Under the pieces are notes generated by a model. The model was not told where the DNA came from. It searched no databases and saw only the letters and a program-made list of their open reading frames with translations. Shown one piece after another: positions 40,558-50,937 of a stretch of DNA of 64,000 nt. Within the stretch, counting starts at the first letter, position 1, and each line of letters opens with the position of its first letter. The stretch lies in the NCBI GenBank assembly GCA_050173015.1, contig JBFXLE010000003.1:192001-256000 (forward strand), in the 5' to 3' direction. Both the position numbers and the translations under genes were made by a program. This DNA is from Calditrichaceae bacterium (GTDB taxonomy: Bacteria; Calditrichota; Calditrichia; Calditrichales; JBFXGD01).

Positions 40558-41088
40558 ATGAAACGCCTTGTATTATTTTTCAACATTTTTATGATGGTAT
40601 TTGCTTCATCTTTGTTCGCCCAGGACGGCAAGTTTTCTGTTGGTATCGTTACATCTCATTATAGTGATTATGATTCTGACAGCCACTTTTCGGCGCTTGA
40701 TAATCCCACAGGGATGGGGATACTCGTTGGATACCGGATTAGCGAAGATGTTTCCCTGGCATTGACCAGTGAATTTTTTACCGGTGACATGGAAAACAAT
40801 ACCGGATCGGAAGATGTGATCCGTACATCCTTATCCGGTTTTTTCTTCCCGTTCAATTTCAATACTGTTAATCCTTATCTTACGGCCGGAGCAGTTTTAA
40901 GCAATAGCAATAAGGATTATGACAACGGTGATTCTATCAGTAATTCTAAATTGATGAGCAGGCTTGGCGCGGGTATTGATGTGCCTCTTGTACAGAGATT
41001 AAGTCTGAATGCCGATCTCGGATTCTATGGCCATAACTTTAAATATACCGGCTGGGTTCAAAGTCTCGGCTTACGTTTTGCCTTCTAA
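40558..41088 (+). CDS. Small outer-membrane beta-barrel (OmpA-like membrane domain / porin family)
   Basis: Signal peptide, GILVGY, NPYLTAG, GAGIDV, C-terminal LGLRFAF; SD AAGGAGG before ATG 40558. Confidence 0.75.
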   Translation: MKRLVLFFNIFMMVFASSLFAQDGKFSVGIVTSHYSDYDSDSHFSALDNPTGMGILVGYRISEDVSLALTSEFFTGDMENNTGSEDVIRTSLSGFFFPFNFNTVNPYLTAGAVLSNSNKDYDNGDSISNSKLMSRLGAGIDVPLVQRLSLNADLGFYGHNFKYTGWVQSLGLRFAF

Positions 41089-41108
41089 CGAAACCGGGTT
41101 AGTTAATG

Positions 41109-41143
41109 AATTCCTCCCCGCGAATGCGGGGAGGAATTTTTTT
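41109..41143 (+). terminator. Strong intrinsic terminator
   Basis: AATTCCTCCCCGC-GAAT-GCGGGGAGGAATT followed by a T run. Confidence 0.9.
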
Positions 41144-43254
41144 TATTTCAAAGTTTTTTGATTCTCGGATTGATTTTTATAATATTTTTTCAACCCATTA
41201 TAGAGCCACCGGGCCATTTCCTCAGCAGGCGGAAAATCAACAATTTGCAAATCAAGCGCTACAGCCGCCTTATTTGTGTTTCTGATTTCCGGAATATCCA
41301 TATTCTGCTCCACCGATATCTTATACACCGAATTCTTAAATTCATTGAGCAAAGCATCTGAAATATCAACACCTTTCATATTACCGGGATATGTTGTCGC
41401 CTTTATTTGATCAGGAAGATTTGTTGCTTTTGTTACCCCGAACCTCAGATACCACCCTTCAGGAAATTTATTGATCCTTTTAATCCGGTCATCAACGGAC
41501 AGATCAGAATTATCCTCCCGGACCATATAAACCGTCATACCCGCGAATTTCAATTTTTCGCTCAGATATTTCACCACCTGGAAATTATAGACAGATGCTG
41601 TCATGGAATCGTTTATACCCGCTCCTTTTTCGGAGCCTCCGTGCCGAGCGTCGATAACAATACTTTGATCAAAGAATAAACCATCCTCCACTTCCCTTAA
41701 ATCAAAATTCATTAAGGTTGTTTTATCGCTTTCAATCGCGATGTTGGTTTCCTGAGGGAAATACCCCCTTTTTTGCACCCGGATGGTATAATTCCCCTGA
41801 GGCATGCCTGTCAAAAAAAACCTTCCGTCAAAATCCGTTCGAGTCAGCAGACTGTCACAAGCGTAAATTTCCGCATCAGGCAGAATCGTTCCTGCTTTAA
41901 GACTGCGAATTTCACCCTGGAAAATACTTATCCCATCAGAAACGAACCGGATCATAAGGGAATCAACCGCGCTGTCCGCCTCAGCATATAGCCACATGGC
42001 GGAATCAAAAGGCGTACTGTGCAGATAGACGCGCGCGGAACCTCCCCGGAGCAATCCTTGTTTGGTTTCGAGACTGCCCCCATAATTGGAAAATCCAAAA
42101 TTAACGCCATCCCAAACCGGCTGACTATCTTTGTCAAGGAACAAAACATCAACCGGCAGATAGGAGATCCCGTCCGCGAGGATAGCCGCTGTCGGGATGG
42201 AAAAACGGATACCTTTTGCGGGAGATGACACGATAAAATTAATTGGGCGCTGTAAATTACTGTTCTTAAATAAATTGACCAGATCAACATCCACGGCGTG
42301 CTTTCCATTTGTCAGTGAAGAATCAACCGTGATCGTTATTCTGGCGGAATCCGGTTCAAAAGTAAACGGGACTTTACGCCCGTCAACACGTACATCCATC
42401 AGGCTGCTAAACAATCTGAGTCTTTCTGAATCGCGTCCGTTCCTATTTCTCAACCCGTCATCCACTTTCAATTTCAACCGGGGCATTTTCGAAATACTGA
42501 CTGAATCTTTACCCGCCAACCGGGCAGATGGAATTCCGCTCTTTGCGTATCTGGCAAGTCCCAGAAAAATACCATATGCTTCTCTCTTATTGTATTCTTT
42601 ATCCTTGAGCCGCTTTTCCTCCCGTCTGTTTGAATGGAAAGAGCTTTCGCATAAAATAGCGGGGATTTTTGTGGTTCGGAGCAACCCGAAACCCGCGGGA
42701 TAAATCTGCTGATCGGAATGAAGACCATCCGGGGAAATTTGCGGGAGACGCAAGGCGTCCACCAACCCGAAATAAACATTTCTCGCGATATCCATACTCG
42801 CGGGCGAAAGATCGGGATGGATATGATAGTAAACGGATACAAAGTTGGTGTTTGGATTTGCGGAAGCGTTATGATGGAGCGATATCAGAAAATCGGCGCC
42901 GGATGTGTTAGCTATATTCGCCCGGTCAGCAAGACTTACATAAACATCATTCGTCCTGGTCAGAACCACTTGCACACCTGCTTTTTCCAGAAATGATTGA
43001 AGATACAAAGCGACACGAAGATTTACTTCTGCTTCCCGAAGCCCTGAGGGCCCTCGCTTGTAGTCCTTTATCTGACTCAGTCCACCGTGCCCCGGATCAA
43101 TAACCACCTTGAATCCCTGCAAATATTTAGCGTAAACCGGTGTCGCGAAATACTCATCGGGAAGATCAGTCCAGACCTTCTCTTTCGACCCGATCCAGGC
43201 GCAGGATGAAACCAACAAACCGATAAACAGCACACTGAAGAATCTGACGTTCAT
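41143..43254 (-). CDS. N-acetylmuramoyl-L-alanine amidase lipoprotein (Amidase_3, Ig/carboxypeptidase-regulatory-like domains, degenerate second amidase domain)
   Basis: Lipobox VSSC; IDPGHGG, EAEVNL, SLHHNA, AILCESSF; second IVIDARHGG domain near the C-terminus. Confidence 0.85.
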   Translation of the reverse strand: MNVRFFSVLFIGLLVSSCAWIGSKEKVWTDLPDEYFATPVYAKYLQGFKVVIDPGHGGLSQIKDYKRGPSGLREAEVNLRVALYLQSFLEKAGVQVVLTRTNDVYVSLADRANIANTSGADFLISLHHNASANPNTNFVSVYYHIHPDLSPASMDIARNVYFGLVDALRLPQISPDGLHSDQQIYPAGFGLLRTTKIPAILCESSFHSNRREEKRLKDKEYNKREAYGIFLGLARYAKSGIPSARLAGKDSVSISKMPRLKLKVDDGLRNRNGRDSERLRLFSSLMDVRVDGRKVPFTFEPDSARITITVDSSLTNGKHAVDVDLVNLFKNSNLQRPINFIVSSPAKGIRFSIPTAAILADGISYLPVDVLFLDKDSQPVWDGVNFGFSNYGGSLETKQGLLRGGSARVYLHSTPFDSAMWLYAEADSAVDSLMIRFVSDGISIFQGEIRSLKAGTILPDAEIYACDSLLTRTDFDGRFFLTGMPQGNYTIRVQKRGYFPQETNIAIESDKTTLMNFDLREVEDGLFFDQSIVIDARHGGSEKGAGINDSMTASVYNFQVVKYLSEKLKFAGMTVYMVREDNSDLSVDDRIKRINKFPEGWYLRFGVTKATNLPDQIKATTYPGNMKGVDISDALLNEFKNSVYKISVEQNMDIPEIRNTNKAAVALDLQIVDFPPAEEMARWLYNGLKKYYKNQSENQKTLK

Positions 43255-43329
43255 ACTTCCTTTCGAATCAATATCAACTTCTAAATGTAATAATCACAAG
43301 GGCATATCATCCGGCCCGGGATTGCCCGA

Positions 43330-46300
43330 CTAAATTTTCAAAGTATCATCCTCTGTTTTTGGAAAACCCGTTCGTAAATCTTTTACAAGACCGGAATACT
43401 TTTTTTCCACCTTGAATCCAAACCGGTAAAAATACTCAGGTCGCAGAAAGGCCGTGGTCACCAGTTCAACATACTCATCCCGCAGCCGGTTAAAGAATTC
43501 ATTCATGATACCTTCGCTGATTCCTTTCCTGCGGTAGCGATTCGAAACTACAATTTTTTCCATATAAACTGTTTTTTCATCTATGTAGCTGTAAAATAGT
43601 CCGCCGATGATGTGTCCCCGTTCTGAAACAGACACCAGAAAACGATGTTCCGGCCGGAAGTTCACCGGAAGACTTGCTTCAAGAAACAACTGATGCAGCC
43701 GGGATATTTCTTTTGGTGAAACCGGTCGCCTTACCTGAAAAGGCACCCCGTCATAATCATCCATTCGCACGACTACATCCGCCATTGAACCGCCGTCGCT
43801 AAGAGTGCTCACAAGAATCGCCGAATCTGTCGGCTTTAGATGCGGGTAACTGAGACGTGTTAGGAAGAAGGCCTCTTTTTCATTCAAGGTATATTCTTTC
43901 TGCACACTCGACAACAGGGATAGCGTCTCTTCTGTGGAGATATGTTTTTTATGTTGCTTTCGTACAATATCCATCATCTCTTCCTTCAACTGCCCGGAGG
44001 AATCGGCAAAAACAGTTTCCAGGAAAAACCGGGTCCGTGTTTCAGGATATTGACGATCCAGTTCCTGAAGTTGGTAAGTATCCGAGAGTTCATTAAGTGT
44101 CCTCGCCTGCGCGGTAAACGCGGCATCCTTGCTTATATTATACCAGCGGTGGAATCGCTTGATCGCAAAATACAATTTCTTAGGGACAAATCCGTTTTTC
44201 CTGGTTTGTGTCATGAACTCATTCAGGGAATCGGCGAGATTGTTCATGGGACACGGGATTTCTGAATTTTTTACCTCGCGGTAGATCTTTTTTAGTAATT
44301 TTAACCCGTTTTCTTCCCCCAGCGCGTCAAGTATCCCCGAAAAAACATAATTACAAAATGATTCTCTCTTTATAAAAGGATACTGTTCCTCGGAAGTTTT
44401 AATAAACTGCTCCGAAAAATCATGCAGCAACTCAACGGCGTTCGTGGTTGCGACACGCTCTGCTATGGATATAAACCGCACTCCTGTCTGATAATCATGG
44501 GAGGGAACAATGATATTATTAATCGATTTATCCGTCAACGCCATTTTATACCCCGTGCGTCTCCAGAAACTAATGTGGGCGGCCATTGCCGTCCGTATAA
44601 AAAACGGCCATAAGTAAAACAATCTTCGATTCATCTCTTCATTCTTCTTACGGATTCCTCTCTGCATTATTTTTCCGACGGAATCTCCGGAAGCAAACTC
44701 TTCGCTCCAGAGGTCATATTCTCTCCAATACCCTCCAAAATCATCCACAAGGCTCAATCCGTCCTTTGCCGCGCCTGCATGTATCAGCCAGTTCATTTCG
44801 GAAAGAATCTGTTCGGTGGGATAATTTTTATTCAGGTTCAGAGTAATATCGTAGCCGCCCTGGTATCTTGTTTGAACGGATACGCGATAAACAGATTTCT
44901 CGTTTGAACTGCTTAGCTGACTTACCCAAATTCCACCCGGCGGTATATCATATAAACGTATCATGTTTCCGTTTGAGAAAAGAAAAATCGCTTCTCTCAG
45001 GATGGAAGTATTAGTGATGGCATCCAACTGACGCTGTCTGTCTGAGTCGGGTATATCCTGTTCAAATATGATGACGTCCGACCAGCGGTATTCTTCACCG
45101 GTTTCCACATCAACCGCCACAGTCTGATTACTTCCCAACCAGTCCCGGAAACCATCCAGAAGTTTAATTCTTGCTTGCGAGGCTAATTCTGAAAGCTGCT
45201 GCCAGTCATTCCGAAGCTGATATTTAACGATGAGCTGGCGAACACGTTTGTAACGGGTAGGATGATAAATACCGTAAGTTGCCAGCAACTGAAACAGGGA
45301 AGGCAAAGCGGTTTTTTGCAAATTCGCTTTTTTTGACAATCCGGTTAATTCACTCTTGATAGCCGCGTAAATCGCATTGAGATTCTCATCGCCTCTGCTT
45401 GCTTTTACAATGTCTTCAATCAGTTCATTGTCGATAATTTCCGCATCATCACGAATAAATATCTTCAGAAACCATTCGAAGTTTTTACCTTTGAAAATCG
45501 GCAGGCCAAGTTTGAATAATTGTCTGCGGATCCCGGCATGAATACTAAAATTCGGCCGGGATATTAAATCGAGCGCCAAACTGTAAATCGGAAGATTTTC
45601 ATCTTCAAAAATCATGGCAAGATAATCTATTCCGTAAGCAGCCTCTTCAAAATTGCCGGATCGCAAATGTATCGCTGCCAGATTCAGCCCCATTAATGAT
45701 TTTTCCCCGCCGGATAAAACCATGTTCATAAGATCCAGTAAACGGCCGTTCAGGTCAACCGGCCCGGTCGTGGAATAATATTGAACAAGTTCATTCGAGC
45801 CGTCCAGGCGGTACCATTGAAATATGGCATCTCCTGCGAATTCAATCAGCTTTGTATTCCCCAGCCAATAAAGAGGATTGGCGAGGAATATCTGAAAATC
45901 AATATAATTGCGTTCTATTTTGTAGTTAAAATCACCGATCTGAAGTATTTCAGGACGTCCGTCATTCTGTTTTATTCTAAGTACCTGATCGTATTTTGGT
46001 ATAGAAAGCCCATCGGCGGTCGTTTTGATATCACCTTTGAGACACCCTTTTTCTCTCAGGAACCAGTTCGGGACACGTATCTCCGTCTCTCCCCACAATA
46101 AAGATGTATAATTTTTCGTATACATCAAATTGATGATATCATTAAAGTTGTTTTCGATCACACGGCGCTTGTAAGTACCTTTTGGTGTTAATTCTCCCTC
46201 TTCCGCGGTGAAAGGACGGTCGATAATTCTGAAATCGACAATGCGTTCGTATGGCGCGAGAAATTTATTAACGGTAACGACAACAGAAGAAAAGTAAGCC

Positions 46301-48198
46301 TGCTTTTCGGCTTCATCCATTCCTTTTAAAGCTGTAATTACTTTCTCCTCATCCGGATATATGAGGACAGTGTTGTACTGCCGGTGATCGCCTACCAAAA
46401 ACACCTGTTTTATGAATTCAAAATCCCGGAAGTAATTTTCAATTTTCTGCGGCGCGATCGTCTCACCTTTGACATTTTTATAAATTTCTTTTTTTCGATC
46501 GATTATTTCATAAAACTTATTTTCATCCTGTTTCATCACATCACCGGTGGGAAACCAGCCGTCCGTGAAAGCGTCCTCGCCTGATTTTAATCCATAATAT
46601 CCCATCATTACATAAGCGCCTTTGATGAGAAGTTCACCGTCATGTCCCAGTTTCACATCAATTCCCGGAAGCGGCCGGCCAAGAGAATTTGGAAGATATT
46701 GTCCCGGAGGAGTCATGGTGATACCCCCTGTTGCCTCGGTCATTCCAAATCCGCTCATCACTTCAATTCCATATCGCTGGAAGAACTGAAATACATCCGG
46801 CTCGAGATATCCTGCCGCAGAAAGTCCCCAGGCCAGTTTGCCGCCCGTTGCCTTTTTTACGGCTTTTTTAATTATCTTTTCATCATCAAATTCAATATCC
46901 GTTTTTTGAGAAATATATTCATATAGCTGATACCATTTTTTGGGAATGCTGATAAATACCGTGGGTTTCAGCCGTTCCATATTATCAAGCATGGTTTCCA
47001 GCGCGGGATTCTCCATAAATCCATACTCAGCGCCCCAAAAAACAGATCCAAGCATCTCTAGATATCTTCCGAAGGTGTGGAATAGCGGCAAATAGGCCAG
47101 AAACCGATCCTGATGTCCTATTTTCGGCAATGCCATCGCGCGACAAAATCGTTTATACACCAGATTCATGTTTGAAAACATAATGCCTTTGGGGTCGCCT
47201 GTGGTACCGGACGTGTACATGATTGTGGCAAGCTCATCTATCTTTATGTTTTTTTGAAGGGTCAAATAACTTTGTTCCGGTAAACTGATCCCCCGCGCCA
47301 CCATTTCCTGAAAGGTCATCACCCAGTCTTCTATGCTGCTGCCTTCCATGAGAACAACGTTTTTAAGATGCTTAAGATTTTTTCTGACTGATTTTACTTT
47401 TGCCAGCTGTTTGTCGTTCGCTACAAAAACGACGGATGCTTCTGTTTGATTGAGAATGAATTCCACATGCTGTTCAACTGAATTTGCCGGTATCATTATA
47501 TTTACGATCCCGGTTGTCAGGCAGGCTAGATCAAGAAGAGCCATATTCAGGCTGTTTTCCATCAGAAATGCTACTTTGCCGGGTTTATCACCATTCTGAA
47601 GCGCCAGTTTCGCCAGACCAAACGAGTACCTCTTTACAAGCTCATCAATCTGATTCCATGAATAATCTGTCTCAGTATTGCCATGAAACACCTTAAAAAG
47701 AACTTTTTTATTGTATTCCTTCACCCGCTGCCTGAACATCGCGGCCACATTAAAATTACTGATCACAATCAGTTTATGAATAAGAAATTCCCATTTTTTT
47801 TGTTCATAAATCTTGATCAGAAATTCTGACTGACGAAAAACATCAAGATAACTGTGAATTAATTTACAGGCCGCCGTCTGCCGGTCATAGTCCCTTTCTG
47901 AAACAATGCTTATCAGATATTCGCCAAACCGGTAATAGATGTCGGAATCCAGTTTTTGCGCCAACAGGACAATCATTTCATTGAGTCCGGCTGATTCAAA
48001 GATTTCGTTCCAGGTATGTATTAGCTCCGGATACTGTTTAAACAGATCTGCTTCCACCACCTGATTAACTGAATCATTTATGGATTTACCAAAACTTCGC
48101 CTGTTCTCCGCCGGCAAAGCATCAACGCCCGCCTGCACCGTCTCATTAATAAAATTGGCGTGACTCATTATTACCGCTTTATTTTCTCTTGTAGCCAT
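43330..48198 (-). CDS. Long-chain acyl-CoA ligase-like AMP-binding domain fused through about 800 aa of unknown sequence to a C-terminal GNAT
   Basis: YTSGTTGDPKG, GFGMTE, GWFPTGD, IIDRKKE; C-terminal EKIVVSNRYRRKGIS...FYRFGF. Confidence 0.85.
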   Translation of the reverse strand: MATRENKAVIMSHANFINETVQAGVDALPAENRRSFGKSINDSVNQVVEADLFKQYPELIHTWNEIFESAGLNEMIVLLAQKLDSDIYYRFGEYLISIVSERDYDRQTAACKLIHSYLDVFRQSEFLIKIYEQKKWEFLIHKLIVISNFNVAAMFRQRVKEYNKKVLFKVFHGNTETDYSWNQIDELVKRYSFGLAKLALQNGDKPGKVAFLMENSLNMALLDLACLTTGIVNIMIPANSVEQHVEFILNQTEASVVFVANDKQLAKVKSVRKNLKHLKNVVLMEGSSIEDWVMTFQEMVARGISLPEQSYLTLQKNIKIDELATIMYTSGTTGDPKGIMFSNMNLVYKRFCRAMALPKIGHQDRFLAYLPLFHTFGRYLEMLGSVFWGAEYGFMENPALETMLDNMERLKPTVFISIPKKWYQLYEYISQKTDIEFDDEKIIKKAVKKATGGKLAWGLSAAGYLEPDVFQFFQRYGIEVMSGFGMTEATGGITMTPPGQYLPNSLGRPLPGIDVKLGHDGELLIKGAYVMMGYYGLKSGEDAFTDGWFPTGDVMKQDENKFYEIIDRKKEIYKNVKGETIAPQKIENYFRDFEFIKQVFLVGDHRQYNTVLIYPDEEKVITALKGMDEAEKQAYFSSVVVTVNKFLAPYERIVDFRIIDRPFTAEEGELTPKGTYKRRVIENNFNDIINLMYTKNYTSLLWGETEIRVPNWFLREKGCLKGDIKTTADGLSIPKYDQVLRIKQNDGRPEILQIGDFNYKIERNYIDFQIFLANPLYWLGNTKLIEFAGDAIFQWYRLDGSNELVQYYSTTGPVDLNGRLLDLMNMVLSGGEKSLMGLNLAAIHLRSGNFEEAAYGIDYLAMIFEDENLPIYSLALDLISRPNFSIHAGIRRQLFKLGLPIFKGKNFEWFLKIFIRDDAEIIDNELIEDIVKASRGDENLNAIYAAIKSELTGLSKKANLQKTALPSLFQLLATYGIYHPTRYKRVRQLIVKYQLRNDWQQLSELASQARIKLLDGFRDWLGSNQTVAVDVETGEEYRWSDVIIFEQDIPDSDRQRQLDAITNTSILREAIFLFSNGNMIRLYDIPPGGIWVSQLSSSNEKSVYRVSVQTRYQGGYDITLNLNKNYPTEQILSEMNWLIHAGAAKDGLSLVDDFGGYWREYDLWSEEFASGDSVGKIMQRGIRKKNEEMNRRLFYLWPFFIRTAMAAHISFWRRTGYKMALTDKSINNIIVPSHDYQTGVRFISIAERVATTNAVELLHDFSEQFIKTSEEQYPFIKRESFCNYVFSGILDALGEENGLKLLKKIYREVKNSEIPCPMNNLADSLNEFMTQTRKNGFVPKKLYFAIKRFHRWYNISKDAAFTAQARTLNELSDTYQLQELDRQYPETRTRFFLETVFADSSGQLKEEMMDIVRKQHKKHISTEETLSLLSSVQKEYTLNEKEAFFLTRLSYPHLKPTDSAILVSTLSDGGSMADVVVRMDDYDGVPFQVRRPVSPKEISRLHQLFLEASLPVNFRPEHRFLVSVSERGHIIGGLFYSYIDEKTVYMEKIVVSNRYRRKGISEGIMNEFFNRLRDEYVELVTTAFLRPEYFYRFGFKVEKKYSGLVKDLRTGFPKTEDDTLKI

Positions 48199-48280
48199 AA
48201 AACCAGACCCTTCTGTTTTTGAAGGAAAAATACTGAAATTCAGGAAAAAAACTTATATTGAAATTAAGAATAAACTAAGC

Positions 48281-48317
48281 AAAAAAAAACGGGATTGAAA
48301 TAATTCAACCCCGTTTT
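48281..48317 (-). terminator. Intrinsic terminator after the DUF4097 gene
   Basis: Minus strand AAAACGGGGTTGAA...TTCAATCCCG followed by T9. Confidence 0.8.
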
Positions 48318-48339
48318 CCGGTGTTATTTGGTTTGGTAG

Positions 48340-49143
48340 CTATTTTTTATACAATTTTATGCTTCCGTTAGTTGTTTTTAAATATATCTGCGCCCCACCC
48401 TCGTTAATCATTCCGGACACCATTCTCTTTGATTCACTGTAATATTCGGTGACAGGAAGCTCGCAATCGATACTCCCGTTCGTGGTCTGAGCCTTGAAGT
48501 CAGCATTCAGGTTCTCAGGAAGATAGATCTTAATCGAACCATTGGTGGAGTTGAAGGTCATATCGTCATCCGGATAGACTTTTTCGAAAGACGCGTTGAT
48601 TTTGCCGTTAGTCGTCTTACCTCGAACCAATCCGCTCACATCATCAGCTTGTATATTCCCGTTGGTCGTCTCCAGTCTTAACCGCCCTTCACAGCCGTCC
48701 AGATTTATTGAGCCGTTCGTTGAATGAATATTCAAATCCATTTTTTCCGGTACATTTATCTCATAATTAACGGAATAATTGTTATCCCCGCCGCTTAAAA
48801 GCCAGGAAAAAAACCCACTGCCACCATGTTTTTTGTGGGGTTGACTGGTGATAATCTCAACCTTACTCCCGGTCTGAAGAATATCAATCTCCAATTCTTT
48901 CATCATCTCGCGTGCTTTATCCATATTGGATGAACGTACTTTTTTATAGGCAATGATTTCAATTTCATTTTTATCCCATGACCGGATATCGATACTACCA
49001 TTCGTATTTTCAAGAATAAGGAGTTCTTTTCCTTCAGACGGAATCCTTTTTTTGAATGTCTCCTCCAGTGTCGCCGCGTGGAGCAAAGATGTCAATAAAA
49101 TAATATTCAAGACAAAGAACAGGATAATCGTTGATCGTTTCAT
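48340..49143 (-). CDS. DUF4097 beta-strand-repeat secreted protein
   Basis: Signal peptide; many (S/T)TNG(S/N/K)I repeats. Confidence 0.85.
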   Translation of the reverse strand: MKRSTIILFFVLNIILLTSLLHAATLEETFKKRIPSEGKELLILENTNGSIDIRSWDKNEIEIIAYKKVRSSNMDKAREMMKELEIDILQTGSKVEIITSQPHKKHGGSGFFSWLLSGGDNNYSVNYEINVPEKMDLNIHSTNGSINLDGCEGRLRLETTNGNIQADDVSGLVRGKTTNGKINASFEKVYPDDDMTFNSTNGSIKIYLPENLNADFKAQTTNGSIDCELPVTEYYSESKRMVSGMINEGGAQIYLKTTNGSIKLYKK

Positions 49144-49161
49144 GACACACTCCTGATTTAT

Positions 49162-50922
49162 TTATTTATCAAGACGGAAAATGGTAATACCCCAACTCGT
49201 AGGATCGTGAGGTTGAGTTGCATTCCAGTTGTAATAGGAATGACTGTCATCAGAACGGAAGTGAACGCGATAGGTACCGGAATCTAAATTAATCACAGTA
49301 TCAACCTTTCTGTTCTTTTTTGAGCCTCCGGCGTTTTCAGTATCCCTGTATCGCATTTTCCATACGGTATCGCCTGTATTTACATCCTCAATCCATCCGT
49401 AATCGTACATCTCATCCCAATCACCTTCACCGATCGCATAAATACGCACCCGCGACTTCTTTTTGATCGTAAACTGTTTTTTTACATGTTCATCATCACC
49501 AATCCTGGTGAGTTCAGCCAGAATATTATCATTCTTTGTCGTAAAAGTGTCTATACGTTCTGCTGCCTTGTTATCCGCTACAGGGTAAATGGCGACTCCC
49601 CAGGATTCGGCATCTATGGGTGGACTGGTATTCCAGTCTTCGTAGGAATGTGAATCGTCACTCTGATAGTGAAGCATATACTCACCCGGACTCAGCTCAA
49701 CAACCTGATCCAACATCCTGTTTTTACTGGCGCCACCGGCCGCGATAGTATCTTTGAATCGCATTTTCCAGATAATTTGCCCGGTTTTAACGTCTGTGAT
49801 CCACCCATAATCAAACATTTCTCCGTCTCGGCCTTCTCCAAGAGCATAAATTCTGAAATTTGATTTTCTGTTTACCCTGAAGCCTTCTTCGTGATAATCA
49901 TTATCACGCACTCTTGAAATTCTGACGATTGCGTTTTTTTCAGACTCTTCAAATTTTTTCACGGCAGCGCGGTCAAAATCCGGATTCTCGGGTTGAATCG
50001 AAAGACCCCAGAAATAAGGATCATAGGGTGGATTCGCGTTCCAGCGCGCGTCGGAATGATTATCATCAGATTTATAATAGACGATATAGTTTCCGGGGGC
50101 AAGACTGATCTTCTTTTCAAATACCAGATTTTTCACCGCCCCCCCGGCATACTCTGAATCCTGTTCCCTCATTTCCCAGATTTTTTCCCTTGTTTTCGCG
50201 TCCACAATCCACCCAAAATCGTACATCTCCCCTTTAAAACCTTCCCCTAACCCGTAAACAACAACATTTAACTGTTTTGTTAATGTGAATCCCCTGCTCT
50301 CATAGGCGCGATCCCCGATATCCGTCAAACTGATGATTGCCGATTCTTTGAGAGCCTTTTGATATTTTCTGACCGCTTGTTCATTTAATACGGCATCTAC
50401 CCCGCTCACCTGAACCAGCCATTTATTTGAATGATCTTCCCACCAGGTATCGGATCCGAAAATTTTATCCATCAGGCGTCCGAAACTCAAAAAACCATCC
50501 CCAAAACTAAAATATGTTGGTTCTACGGCGGCGAAATAAAGCTCATATTCACCGGCCGGCAATTTGACTTCACCTCTGAATTCCCTGTTCCATTTGTCCC
50601 ACCAGTCCGTTTTTGAATTATCCTGAGTCATGCGCCAGACCATTTTTCTGGTTTTCGCGTCAATGATCCATGCATAAGCAAAAAGATTAAACTTATCTTC
50701 CTGGAAACTATGAATTCTTTTAATCGTCTTATCGGCTCCGGCTCCAATCGCGTGTATTTTTAGGGTCCGGGGAGAATTAAGCGTAAATCCCGCCAGATTT
50801 ACCTGTCCTTTATCCTTGTCAAAATCTTTTAACTCAACCGACTGATTTTGGGCAGTCAGTTGAGGCGTAGCCAACGCAATGACCAGCAAACCAGTGAATA
50901 TTATAATGAAATTCTTGTTCAT
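49162..50922 (-). CDS. Secreted protein with four tandem ~135-aa repeats of unknown function
   Basis: Signal peptide; repeated GEG..EM.D.GWI..W.M..AGG..KN..G.Y..SDD.HS..WN..P.D..WG (first copy degenerate). Confidence 0.8.
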   Translation of the reverse strand: MNKNFIIIFTGLLVIALATPQLTAQNQSVELKDFDKDKGQVNLAGFTLNSPRTLKIHAIGAGADKTIKRIHSFQEDKFNLFAYAWIIDAKTRKMVWRMTQDNSKTDWWDKWNREFRGEVKLPAGEYELYFAAVEPTYFSFGDGFLSFGRLMDKIFGSDTWWEDHSNKWLVQVSGVDAVLNEQAVRKYQKALKESAIISLTDIGDRAYESRGFTLTKQLNVVVYGLGEGFKGEMYDFGWIVDAKTREKIWEMREQDSEYAGGAVKNLVFEKKISLAPGNYIVYYKSDDNHSDARWNANPPYDPYFWGLSIQPENPDFDRAAVKKFEESEKNAIVRISRVRDNDYHEEGFRVNRKSNFRIYALGEGRDGEMFDYGWITDVKTGQIIWKMRFKDTIAAGGASKNRMLDQVVELSPGEYMLHYQSDDSHSYEDWNTSPPIDAESWGVAIYPVADNKAAERIDTFTTKNDNILAELTRIGDDEHVKKQFTIKKKSRVRIYAIGEGDWDEMYDYGWIEDVNTGDTVWKMRYRDTENAGGSKKNRKVDTVINLDSGTYRVHFRSDDSHSYYNWNATQPHDPTSWGITIFRLDK

Positions 50923-50937
50923 AAAGTCCCATCCTTG

